DNA of 64,000 nt from Felis catus. Taxonomy: Eukaryota. The DNA lies in assembly GCF_018350175.1 (NCBI RefSeq), contig NC_058369.1, forward strand, positions 154,070,001-154,134,000, written 5' to 3'. This document shows, one piece after another, positions 11,052 to 22,571 of this stretch. Each line of letters opens with the position of its first letter. The stretch's first letter is position 1. Below the pieces are notes generated by a model. That model was not told the origin of the DNA. It saw nothing but the letters and a program-made list of their open reading frames with translations, and ran no database searches. The translations under genes were made by a program, and so were the position numbers.

Positions 11052-12602
11052 GAGTGTAGTCCAAAAAAGGACCAGAAAACTCCTGCATCCTTGGTGGCTT
11101 CAGTTGGTGGTCCTTCAACGAGCTCTAGCACATCTGCCGTGGCCTCTACCAGTTCTAGCTCTACACCAGCCCAGGAGACCATCTGCCTTGATGACTCACT
11201 AGACGAAGACCTTTCTTTCCATCCACCTGCACTGGATCTTGTTTCTGAAGCTTTAGCTGTTATCAACAATGGGAACAAGGGCCCTCCGGCTGGCTCAAGG
11301 ATAAGCATGCCAACTGCAAAGCCTCGTCCAGGACTGAGAGAAGAAAAGTTAGCAAGTATCATGAGTAAGCTGCCATTGGCTGCTCCTAAAAAACTAGATT
11401 CTTCTCAGACTGCACATTCATCAAGTCTTATTGCTGGTCACACAGGGCCGGTACCAAAGAAACCCCAGGATTTAGCTCATACTGGCATCTCTTCAGGCCT
11501 TATTGCTGGTTCTTCAATTCAGAACCCTAAAGTTTCCTTGGAACCTTTGCCAGCCAGGCTGCTTCAACAAGGACTACAGAGGTCGAGTCAGATTCATGCT
11601 TCTTCCTCTTCACAGACCCATGTTTCCTCTTCTTCCCAAGCCCAAGTTGCTGCCTCCTCTCACGCTCTGGGAACATCAGAGGCCCAAGACGCTTCTTCGT
11701 TAACACAAGTAACAAAGGTGCACCAGCATTCAGCTGTCCAACAAAACTATGTGTCTCCATTACAAGCAACCATTAGTAAATCACAGACCAACCCAGTGGT
11801 GAAATTAAGTAATAATCCCCAACTTTCCTGTTCATCCCCGCTTATTAANNNNNNNNNNNNNNNNNNNNNNNNNNNNNNNNNNNNNNNNNNNNNNNNNNNN
11901 NNNNNNNNNNNNNNNNNNNNNNNNNNNNNNNNNNNNNNNNNNNNNNNNNNNNNNNNNNNNNNNNNNNNNNNNNNNNNNNNNNNNNNNNNNNNNNNNNNNN
12001 NNNNNNNNNNNNTCAAATCTCCCTTCTCAATGGCTGCATCCCCCAAACTTGCCGCATCTCCAAAACCTGCCACATCTCCTAAACCCTTGCCCTCACCTAA
12101 GCCTTCTGCCTCACCCAAGCCCTCTGTGTCCACTAAGCCTTCAGTATCAACTAAACTTATTTCTAAATCCAACCCAACTCCCAAGCCTCCTGTACCCCCA
12201 AGCTCTTCCAGTCCAAATGCACTAGTAGCCCAGAGCAGCCACTCCAGCAGTAACAACCCAGTCCATAAACAGCCCAGTGGGATAAACCTCAGCAGACAGT
12301 CTCCCACCTTGAATTTGCTGCCCTCCAGTCGTACTTCAGGCCTTCCATCCACAAAAAATCTTCAGGCCCCTTCAAAGCTAACAAATTCCTCACCCACTGG
12401 AACTGTTGGGAAGAATAGCTTGAGTGGAATTGCAGTGAATGTACCTGCCAGCAGAGGTAGCAACCTTAACTCAAGCGGAGCCAATAGGACTAGTCTCTCT
12501 GGGGGAACAGGAAGTGGAACACAGGGTGCTACTAAACCGTTGTCTACTCCACATAGACCATCCTCTGCCTCAGGGTCTTCAGTGGTAACCGCCAGTGTGC
12601 AG
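11052..12602 (+). CDS. UBN2: UBN2 large internal exon (1551 nt; Ser/Pro-rich disordered region, ECSPKKDQK...VVTASVQ)
   Basis: ggtag acceptor, cag/gtatgt donor; matches ORF 11091..12629; frame is kept across the 164-N gap at 11849-12012. Confidence 0.97.
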
Positions 12603-12999
12603 GTATGTATGTTCTGTGTGTTCGCGTGATAAAACGTAAGCTCGTTTGATTGTTCTCTTCAGTCAGTTTAATAACCATATACATACAGAAGTTGTTTGTA
12701 ATAGTTTCTTACAGCTTATGGCCAAGGCATGTTCCTGATGTTGACATCACAGTAATGGGGATACTTGGTGGATGAGGTTTCTGTTGGGATGTGGATTCCC
12801 CCCTCCCCCCCTCCCCCCCCCCCGTAAAGTAGCACATGCGTACTTTCCCAGTTGTTGAAAAACACATAGAATGAATATTTAAAACTGTATGTTGTCAAAG
12901 TCCAGAACAAAGCCGTAACTTAGGAGTTTAATATACTCTCACTTGTCTCCTTTCTCCCCTGTTCTAGTCCCTCCTCTACTGCTAACTTTGATTTTTTTA

Positions 13000-14000
13000 T
13001 TTAGACAGATTTATACATTTGTCAGGGTTTTTTCCTTTAACCATTTGTCTTTTCAAGTAAAATTTTTATTTTGCATTAAACTTACAGTTATTCATCATAA
13101 TTCTCTCTGTCAAATTACTGTCAATAACCCTTTTATATACCAGTTTCCCCTTTTGTGAGTTTTTACTTTACATTTATCTTGCATTTAGCAGAGTGCCTCA
13201 CTCAAGAAAGGAGTCTTTTCAAGAAGGCTAACATAAAACCTAGTTTCCCTTAGCTCTAGCGTACCTAATAATTTCTGTGCCATCACGCTTGAGTATGTAT
13301 AGACTTCTTGGGTCACTGTCTCCCTCCCAGTGCTATAAGTACTGTTGCACTGACCTTTGCTTAGTATTTAGGATTATGGAGAAGTCAGAGGCCATTCTGA
13401 TTTTTTGTTCCCTTATGTGTGTTTTCTCTGCCTAAATGCTAGTAAGATTTTCTCTTTTTACTTGAAATTCAGGTATTCTCGGATTATGATTAGATTTATG
13501 TGTAAGGTTTGTTCACTGTACCTAAAACATGGTGACCTCTTTCAGTCTTATACCTGGTGGCTTTTTCAGCTCAGGAATATTTTGTTCTATGCGTTTCATT
13601 GTCTTTTCTGATCCATTTGGCCTAGGTTTTGTGAGAACTCTTTATCACTCATATATTTCATCTCTCTCCTTTCCATGTCATCTTCTCTGTCATTGTTTTC
13701 ATCTTGCTGCCACTCCTTGTATTCTGAGACTTTGTCAGATTTGTCCTTCATGTGACCAGTTTGATTTAATATTCTTTCTCCCTGTTCCCTGTCCCCAGAA
13801 GTAATACGTATTCACTGTAGGCAAATTCAGAAAAAAGAAAAATCACCATCCTCCCACCGCTGTTTATATTTTCTGGGTACTGTTTGAGATTCTTGTCAAG
13901 AAAATGGGTTTTACATAATCTGTTTCATAACAAGCTTTTAAAAAATACATAACATTTTATGATGTGTTCTTCAGTTCTTAAATGTTTTTTGAAAACAAGA
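13000..14000 (-). mobile_element. Degenerate L1 fragments
   Basis: T-rich; gagaagtcagaggccattctgattttttgttcc pattern of old antisense L1. Confidence 0.45.
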
Positions 14001-15449
14001 CTTTTATTGATTTGTGGAATTCTGTTGTCTAAAAAAGTACTGCTTCCTGTTTATGTGGAATAGGAACATCTAATGAAAGAATGTTTACCTTAGTGTTTGT
14101 AAATATTTCTGCTATTCAGTACAAGCTAAGCATCGGTATTCATTAACAAATGAAACCCAGATCATCATTCTGCCATCCCTGTAGGCCTAGGAATGAATTC
14201 ATTGTAGAATTCTAATAAAAATAAAATTCAGTTAACTGATACTTCATTAGTTGAAATCTTGGACTCTCTGATGTTTTATCTATTAATTTTACTTTTATCA
14301 GAAATAAACTAGCAATCACTGATTAGGGATGGCATGTTAAAATTCAAGTTATAAACTAAGGTCTGGAGAGTTAGTTCACATTCTTATTACTTTTTGATGT
14401 TAATCTTTAATTTGAGTAAAGGAGAGATTTATAACAGAAATACCAGTTCCCTGCCAAATGGGTCCTCCTTCCTAGTGTCAGTTACTTTTAATTCCCCTAG
14501 GTTTTTGTGTGTTTTTAAGTATGAAAAATGGATGAAGACAATTTATTCATTTTAGTATTAACTTTTAACTTCTTGTCATGATAAGGCTTTTAGCTCGCTT
14601 TATACCTTTGCCATTCTCCTGAAAGAGTAAAATTACAGCCTTTGACCATGTAAACTATTGTCTCTGTTGAGCCTACTCATAAACTATGGTTTCATTTGCT
14701 TTCTTATTACAAGTTTTTGGCTTTTTTTCTGAAGTTAAAAATTCACTTTTTCCCCCCTTCACTTAGGAATTTAAAGCTAAATCTTTCTCCATTCTTTATC
14801 ATCTCCAGTGTCTATCAGTTCTCTTTCCCACCCCCACCCCCATCCTTCTTGTATTTGATCATTTATCCCCCAGAGAAGCTAGATACTTGGCACAACAGTT
14901 GGTTTGTCATCAGGGAACCTATATGGCAGAATTTGTGTTTCCAAAAAAGAACTGCTTCCTTCTGGTTTTCTTCCTTTCTGAAATGCCTTTATGATGTGAA
15001 GGCCTTAGCGTTCCTGCCTTCAGACTGACCCTTTTTGTTCTGTCTTACCGGTTTGACTGAAGAAAAGGTCAGTAATTGAATAAGGTTGTTGGTAAGTTGG
15101 GGAGAACCGATGGCTTTTTGTTTTTAATGTAGCCTCTCATTGAAACCTGGCGGCCTCTAGATACCTGTTTCTCGAGTGCTCTGATACTAAAAAGAGATTC
15201 CCTATCCGTGCTTGCAAAACATTCAGTTCCTGTCTGAAAGACATCTCCAGCTATCTGTTCGTTTGCAGAGTGAAAAGGACAGGTCCTGAGTTTAACAGAA
15301 ATTAAAATCTTTCTGGGTTCAGATTATCACCGCTACCTTCTTTCTATTTAATAACTTTCTGCTCAAGGCTTTCCTCTTCTTTCTAACCTTTCAGCCTGTC
15401 GATTTTCTATGAATTCTGTCTTTGCCACTTTATAATTCTCAAAATAATT

Positions 15450-16020
15450 CATTCCTTAAGCAAATGTTTATGAGATGTTTAATATGTGCCAGGCACTCTT
15501 CTAGGTGCTGGGGAAATAGAGTGAACATCATACTCAAGATTTCTCTTCTCATGGAACATATATTCCAGGTAGAGAGAGAAACAAAACACAAATTTTTAAA
15601 AAATATTTTAAGTGTTCTGAAAAATTAAAACAATAATATGATAAGGTGTGATTGCTGCTAACATAGATAAGGGAGTTGGGAAAAGCCTCTTTCAGGAGGC
15701 AACATTTGAGTGGGGAATTGAATAAGCAGGCCAGTCATTTGGAGATGGGGGGAATGAACAGTCCAAACTAGAGTGAAGACACTGAGATAGGAAAGAGCCT
15801 GACATGTAGGCGTGCACATCTAGACTAGGGAGAGATGGAGAGGTGATGAGATCTGAGATCAAGCAGAACCATGTGATGGAGGACCTTGTAGGCCATGATG
15901 AGAACTTGGGGTGTTAATGTGTTCAGTGGGAAGCTTTTGGAGGGTCTTCAACAGGGGAGTGGTATGGTTTGATTTATATTCCAAAAGATTACACTGGGTG
16001 TCGTGGAGAATGGGGGTGGG
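15450..16020 (-). mobile_element. L2 LINE 3' region
   Basis: caaatgtttatgag...atgtgccaggcactcttctaggtgctgggga...tcatggaacatatattccag; L2 3'-end hallmark. Confidence 0.8.
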
Positions 16021-18679
16021 GGGGGGCACTAGTGCACTCACCAAAATAAAGNNNNNNNNNNNNNNNNNNNNNNNNNNNNNNNNNNNNNNNNNNNNNNNNN
16101 NNNNNNNNNNNNNNNNNNNNNNNNNNNNNNNNNNNNNNNNNNNNNNNNNNNNNNNNNNNNNNNNNNNNNNNNNNNNNNNNNNNNNNNNNAGCAAGGTTTT
16201 CTTTTATATTTTCTCCTGGAAATAAAATGTGGAGGTCATGGAAGTATTTTTGATTATGGAGCATCATCCTGAACTTTGCCGATTTACATTTGCCTGTTTT
16301 ATGTTGACAACTTCTCCTATATGCTTCCGAATCATAACGATAGGATACCCAACTTTTGAAAGGTCTCCATCTCATAAGAGAGAGAAATTTATAAATGCCA
16401 TGTAACATTCAGATAATCTGATGTTTCATTTTAATTTTAGAAACAAAAGTGGATATCAAAGTTTTTTGAAAGCACAAAATGTTAGTTATGGCATGGTATC
16501 ATTTTCAATTGCTCAGTTACTTAATTTTGGAAGTTGCTCTAATTTACACTTTCCAGCTATTTTAATACTTCAGTTAGCCTCCTCTAGAAAAGCTTGAGTT
16601 CTCCTTATTAGCAGCATCTAATGTTCCTTACTACGGGGTTTACTTGGGGCAAACGGTATTGGAGTGTGTGCACCATATTATCCTGGGATTACAATAGAAT
16701 TATGATTAAAAAAGAACTCTTATTCTTAAACTGATGCAGGATCCCTTCAATCCAAATTGCTTCAAAGCGTTATTTCTAATTTAGTAATTCTTTCAAATTG
16801 TATCTGTTTTGTATATCATGGTTGGCTCAGTAAGGGAAAGACCTGAAAATAAGAAAAATAGCCAAGTCCAAGCAAAAGTGATGGAGATTTGTACTGAAGT
16901 GTTGGAGGAACTGGTGGTTTAAAAAAAAGTTTTTTAAAAAAAGTTTTTTTTTAAGAAAAAGAATATGTTGACAATGAATTCATCTTGTCTTGTTATTTTA
17001 TGATGCCTAAAAACTAAGGTTTCGAGCCTGAGTGTTGAGAAAGAATGAGACTATTAATGATAGCCGTTGACAAATAGGGCGGGGTCGCATGATTGCAGGA
17101 GCTGATGAGTTCAGTTGTGGTTGATGAGTGTTCCATATCCAAGTGACATTCCTCACTGAGCTTTTAGATTTACAAGATTGAAACTGTGACGAAGTCAGAA
17201 CTATGGATGTAAGTTTGAGAGCTAACAGAAAAGAAGGGAAGGCTGTTGGAGAAAGAGTTGTAAAACTAGAATTGAAGCCTTCTTGAGGATATTCTTCATT
17301 TTTTGTTTAGCACTGGCATGGAACATTTGGTGTATCAATATATGTTATTGGCATATAAGTATGGGGAGATCATTTACATGGATTGTTCATGGATTAACTA
17401 AGAAATAGATCAGCCCCTTTATTAATTAGTAATGTTTACTGCAAGAGTAGTTAACACAGAGATAAACCTGATAATAGTTAACATTGATTACTGACTAAAA
17501 AATATTCAAAGAATTCAGTTTTGTTGACTAAATTTAGAACCGTAAAATTTTTGGCCAGGGAAACTTAGAATCGGTAAAGATAAGACTACAAAAGAAAATT
17601 CACAGTTGCAGAAACTATAATAATATCTGATACTGAAAAAATTTTACTGTAATTTTTCTTAATAAGTACATATAGAAAAGAAAGTCAAAATGGGGACAGA
17701 TTATTGCTGAATAGAAAATTGTTCAAAGAATTAAATTAGCTTAATGAGGTATATTTAAGTAATTTCTCAGTGAAAGCTAATTACTGCTTGCATATTTCAG
17801 ATTTAAATGTGTTTTTCATAAACATGGCATCAAAGCCCAGGCAGAGGAGTATTAAAACACCTTTTTACCTTAAGGAGTCTTAAGTTGAGAAAAGTAGTGA
17901 AAATGGAAACCAGCTTTCAGGGGTTAAGGAGAAACTAAATAATATGGAAATGGAGGGTATCATTTAGTAAATTTGATAACAAAAGGAGTACAAATAAGTC
18001 AGGTTGTTTCTAGGGGTTGAGGAAGAGCCAGGGATAGCTGTGGTTATAAACAAAACAGAGCAAAAACAAAAACATGAGGACTCTATGTGACAAAGCAGAG
18101 GAAACATGGGGAAAGGCGTAATACTAGATATTTGTACCAGAAAGTTCTGCATAGGTGGGATTCATGGCATGGTCAGATGGTTAGTCTTGGAGAAGAGACA
18201 GGTAAGGCTAATGATGAGGAAGAACATCCGGGATGGCCTCATTTCTGTAAGGCTTTATGATGAAAGCAGATGGTATTGCATTAGGGGCTCTGAGAGAATC
18301 CTAGTCTGGAACAATAACCATGGGGATTGTGTCAGGAAGGTGGTAAAACAATGAAATTACCAGTCATTTTCAAAGATCATATTGAAATTGGATGAAATTA
18401 ATGGCTAGTGAGTGGCTCAGATCTAGGGTATAGAAGCAAAAGTAGAAGTCTGAGGTGAGAAAGACATGTTAATACAGACATTAAAATAAGTCAAGGAGTC
18501 TAAACTGGTGATGAAGAGCTGAGTAGAGAATTATTTCCAAAACCAATATGGTAGCTCTTAGAAATATACTTTTCACCTCGGTCTTTATTTTCTGTCTCAT
18601 GAAGTTTCTGTTAGAGTAGAGTTAGGACACAGTCTTGCGCCCATGAGGATATTAAATACAATAAATCAATTCAGGTTAA

Positions 18680-18977
18680 NNNNNNNNNNNNNNNNNNNNN
18701 NNNNNNNNNNNNNNNNNNNNNNNNNNNNNNNNNNNNNNNNNNNNNNNNNNNNNNNNNNNNNNNNNNNNNNNNNNNNNNNNNNNNNNNNNNNNNNNNNNNN
18801 NNNNNNNNNNNNNNNNNNNNNNNNNNNNNNNNNNNNNNNNNNNNNNNNNNNNNNNNNNNNNNNNNNNNNNNNNNNNNNNNNNNNNNNNNNNNNNNNNNNN
18901 NNNNNNNNNNNNNNNNNNNNNNNNNNNNNNNNNNNNNNNNNNNNNNNNNNNNNNNNNNNNNNNNNNNNNNNNNNNNN
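18680..18977 (+). other. UBN2: N gap probably hiding a UBN2 coding exon (phase 0-1, about 232 nt)
   Basis: The exon ending at 12602 is phase 0 and the exon at 19389 starts in phase 1, so an exon is missing. The expected STAGASLL... peptide is not seen elsewhere, and this is the only gap in the interval large enough. Confidence 0.75.
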
Positions 18978-19388
18978 GCCTATGTAGTTTGACAGAACGG
19001 GAAAACTCATGAATTTATACTGATTGAGAGTAGTCCATTTGGAGTTAGTGAAGATTACAGAATTTTCTTTAAGAAATGCAGTTTAATTTCATTTATATAG
19101 AATAAATCAAATTGGTGGATTCAGAATTTATTTACAGTTCTTAAATGAACCATCTATACCACATTGCTATCTTAATGAAATTTATCATAAGAGGCAGTCA
19201 AATTTGCTGGGTTATTTGCATGTACGTATTTATATATGTACATTCTTTCAATGTATGTACTCTAAGGAGGACTTTGAAATCAGGGGCTATGCTTAACGTT
19301 ATATAAATTAAACTATTTTCATTTTTTATCTAAGAGGGCTTAAGTGTTAGATTGAAGAAGATCACTGACAATTCTGTTTTTCTCTCAG

Positions 19389-19478
19389 ATTTACTAAAGG
19401 GTTTACAGCCAGGAGCTCAGCATGCAGCAACACTTTCCCACTCACCTCTGCCTACACATTTACAGCAAACATTCAATG
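19389..19478 (+). CDS. UBN2: UBN2 penultimate coding exon (LLKGLQPGAQHAATLSHSPLPTHLQQTFN)
   Basis: tttttctctcag acceptor, g/gtaaga donor, 90 nt, phase 1-1. Confidence 0.95.
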
Positions 19479-19677
19479 GTAAGAAAGCCACCTATTTTTT
19501 TCATCTCATAATATTTATATAGATTTATAGATTGGATTAAGCATCTCTGGAAACTAAATGGGATGTCAAAAGTTGGAAAAAACAGATTTCACATGACTGA
19601 ATCCTCATTAGCAACAAACTCCTTGTAAGGAGAGGAAATCGGTAAAGAGACCTTTTGTTACATGTGGAGAAAAAAAA

Positions 19678-19863
19678 ATATTTTTTGAGAGCAGAATAGC
19701 ACGAGTGGGAGAGGGGCAGAGAGAGGGGAACAGAGAGAATCTTAAGCAAGGTCCACACCCAGCACGGTGCCCAGCATGGGGCTTGATCTCAGGAACGTGA
19801 GATCATGACCTGAGCCGAAACCAAGAGTAGGACATTGAACCCACCGAGCCACCCATACGCCCC
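19678..19863 (-). mobile_element. Older CAN-SINE
   Basis: gagatcatgacctgagccgaaaccaagag...gagccacccatacgcccc. Confidence 0.88.
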
Positions 19864-19949
19864 TGAAGAAAACATGTTGAAGGTATTTGTTATATTGAAA
19901 TGATAACGAAGAAGAGGATTCATAAAACAGTGTACAAAAGTCATGTCCA

Positions 19950-20170
19950 GTAGTTGCAATAGTTCACATTTTGAAGGTTTACTAAGTGTCAGTTAGTCTT
20001 GTGACTACTGACATGTATTAGCTAATTTAATCCTTACAACACCTGTGAGTGTGCTGGTAACAATCCCCATTGTTATAGATCAGGAAACTGAATTAGAGAT
20101 AAACAACTTGCCCAAGATGATAAAGTAGTAAGTGATCTGAGATACAAATCTGGGAAGTCTAACTTGGTAC
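19950..20170 (-). mobile_element. MIR
   Basis: tttaatccttacaacacc...ccccattgttatagatcaggaaactga...acttgcccaag core. Confidence 0.8.
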
Positions 20171-20464
20171 CTTTTCTGCCTTTTAGCAGTAATTCAGTTA
20201 ATACCCTCCAAACTGTATGTGTTACACTCTTGCAGCCCAGCTAGATCACTCTGAAATTAGATAGTGGACATTGGACATAACATATTGACCTCTAGGTTAT
20301 TGCTTTCAACAGCAGTCGACCTCAGTAGACTGCTGATACTATTCTTGAAGGCCATTTTCAGGATCTTTTGAACAGAAATAAGTGTTCACCTGGCCTCTTA
20401 ACTTTGCAGATTGACTGGGATCTCACTATTCTTTTTGGCCACTGCATTTAAAATGATCTTTGAA

Positions 20465-20798
20465 GGGGCACCTGGGTGGCTCAGTCAGTTAAGCATCCGA
20501 CTTCAGCTCAGGTCGTGATCTCACAGTTGGTGAGTTTGAGCCCTGTGTTGGGCTCTCTGCTGTCAGCACAGAGCCTGCTTCAGATCCTCTGTCCCCGTCT
20601 CTTTCTGCCCCTTCCCTGCTCATTTTCTGTGTCCCTCTCTTTCTTCCTCTCTCTCTCTCAATAAAGAAATAAATAAATAAACTTAAAAAAATAAATAAAA
20701 TGATCTTTGAGGGACACCTGCGTGGCTCATTTGGTTAAGTTTCTAGCTCTTGGTTTCAGCTCAGGTCATGATCTCATGCTTCATAAGATCAAGCTCCT
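20465..20798 (+). mobile_element. Full CAN-SINE (20465-20695) followed by a truncated older SINE (20711-20798)
   Basis: 15-bp TSD taaaatgatctttga at 20449 and 20696; a second head directly follows the right TSD. Confidence 0.92.
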
Positions 20799-20843
20799 TG
20801 AGAGAATGAATATAACTTCTCTATATTCATTTTACATATAATA

Positions 20844-21040
20844 CAAACTTTTTCTGTAAAGGCCTCAACAGTAAATATTTTCAGCTTTGCAGGCCATGTA
20901 GTCTCTATCACAACTACTCAACTCCGCCATTCTAGTGCGAAAACAGCCATAGATAAATATGTAGCATGAGTGTGGCTGGGTTCCTATAAAACTTTTTAAA
21001 GTAGTGGTGGGCCACATTTGGCCCTTGGGCCAAACCTTGG
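20844..21040 (+). mobile_element. MER58A-like hAT-Charlie MITE
   Basis: caaactttttctgtaaagg...agtaaatatttt...acaactactcaactc...ggccacatttggccc. Confidence 0.85.
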
Positions 21041-21699
21041 TCTAGACAATCTCACAGTCCAGTTAATATGAGTATTTTATTTTGTAGTTTCCCAAAGCTG
21101 CGTTGAGCACAATCCTTCCTTGCCATTTTATGAATTTAATCATACCTTAGGTCACATCATTCTCTCTGCAAACACAAGTACATAATATCTCATTATGAAT
21201 GGAAAAACCAATTCCTTAGATGTTGTCACCAAAGTTATTTTAATAGTGTCCTATTTATACAGCTTTTGAAACAATCATCCTCTCTCATTGATACAAAAGA
21301 GGCAGTTTCTTCAATAGAGGCAGTTTTTTGTTTTATGTTTTACCAGAGTAATTTAGATACCACGTGAATGAACCTAGCAGTGTGACATATGGTCTCCTCC
21401 AGCCTTAAGGTTGATCTTGTAATACGGCAATTTGTTCCTTTTCACCTGTGTGTCTCTGCCATTCATGCCTCCCCCTGCCTTTTTCTCTCAGGCTTAGGAG
21501 TGGGAGGCTTCATTGTCCTTGCTAAGGCAGTACCTTGTTAAACTTTCTCTATATTTTGTTGGCTCTTAAGGTCACTGGGTTCTAGTCTTGCCCATTTTAA
21601 ATAGAGTAATCAACTAACTAAAATTTAAGAAATAAATCAGTATATAAATACATACAATAATCAACATTTTCCCAATTAAAATTTAAAAACCATATGTAA

Positions 21700-21919
21700 G
21701 GAGCACCTGGGTGGCTCAGTCGGTTGAGCATCCGACTTTGACTCAGGTCATGATCTCATGGTTTTGAGTTCGAGCCCCGCATCAGGTTCTGTGCTGACAG
21801 CTCAGAGCCTACAGCCTGCTTCGGATTCTGTATCTCCCTCTCTCTCTGCCCTTCCCCTGCTCACGCTCTCTCTCTCTCTCTCTCCCTCTCTCTCTCTCTC
21901 TGAAAAATAAATGAACATT

Positions 21920-21955
<36 letters not shown>
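21700..21955 (+). mobile_element. CAN-SINE with (CT)n and a (CA)n tail
   Basis: Head and body intact; about 17 AC units at 21922-21955. Confidence 0.93.
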
Positions 21956-21957
<2 letters not shown>

Positions 21958-22521
21958 AAAACTAGAAACCGTTGTTCCCAGTTAGCAGACTTAACTATCA
22001 CTTACAACTTTTGCCAGGTTAGGACCAAAACAAAGACTCAGCTGGATTTTTCACTACCAGTGTATCCCATTTATTTACATAAATAATCGAGAATTAAGTA
22101 TCAAATGCTATGTCATGGCAAGGAATTTAATTTCACTTGCAAGAAAATGAAATTGACTTAGTCTTCTAAAGGGATCAAAAGATGTGGTAGGTTCCTTGAA
22201 GGTGGGGATTAATGTCTTTTATGTTCCTTTGTGATCCTCATAGCATTTGACACAGTGGGTTCTGAGGTGGATAATAATAGTATTTCAACTGAAAACCAAT
22301 CGAACCACAGCCATTTGACTTAAGAGGATCATTTTTGTTGAGTTCTCTTATGTTTCTCAACCTCTGTAATGCCATGCATAGCATGTAAATTATTAAAGGT
22401 TATCTTTTTTAGCAGTGTCATTTCGCGTGGAAATTAAACGTTAATTGTTCTCATTGCTTTGCTTTTAATATGTATTTTTATAACACACCGACACAGCCCA
22501 ATTAAACATCTCTTTTCTCAG

Positions 22522-22571
22522 ATGGAGGCCAAAGTAAAGGGGACACTAAATTACCACGGAAATCTCAGTGA
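22522..22571 (+). CDS. UBN2: UBN2 last coding segment (DGGQSKGDTKLPRKSQ-stop)
   Basis: tcttttctcag acceptor; TGA at 22569-22571; matches the recalled UBN2 C-terminus. Confidence 0.96.

Noticed and set aside
11747-12352. 201-aa and other antisense ORFs over the UBN2 large exon
   Set aside because: Shadow ORFs of codon-biased sequence, extended by Ns; no promoter or splice support.
12603-19388. Apparent frameshift or exon loss in UBN2, and missing FMC1 stop / LUC7L2 start
   Set aside because: Each missing piece coincides with an N gap of suitable size, so pseudogenisation is not supported.
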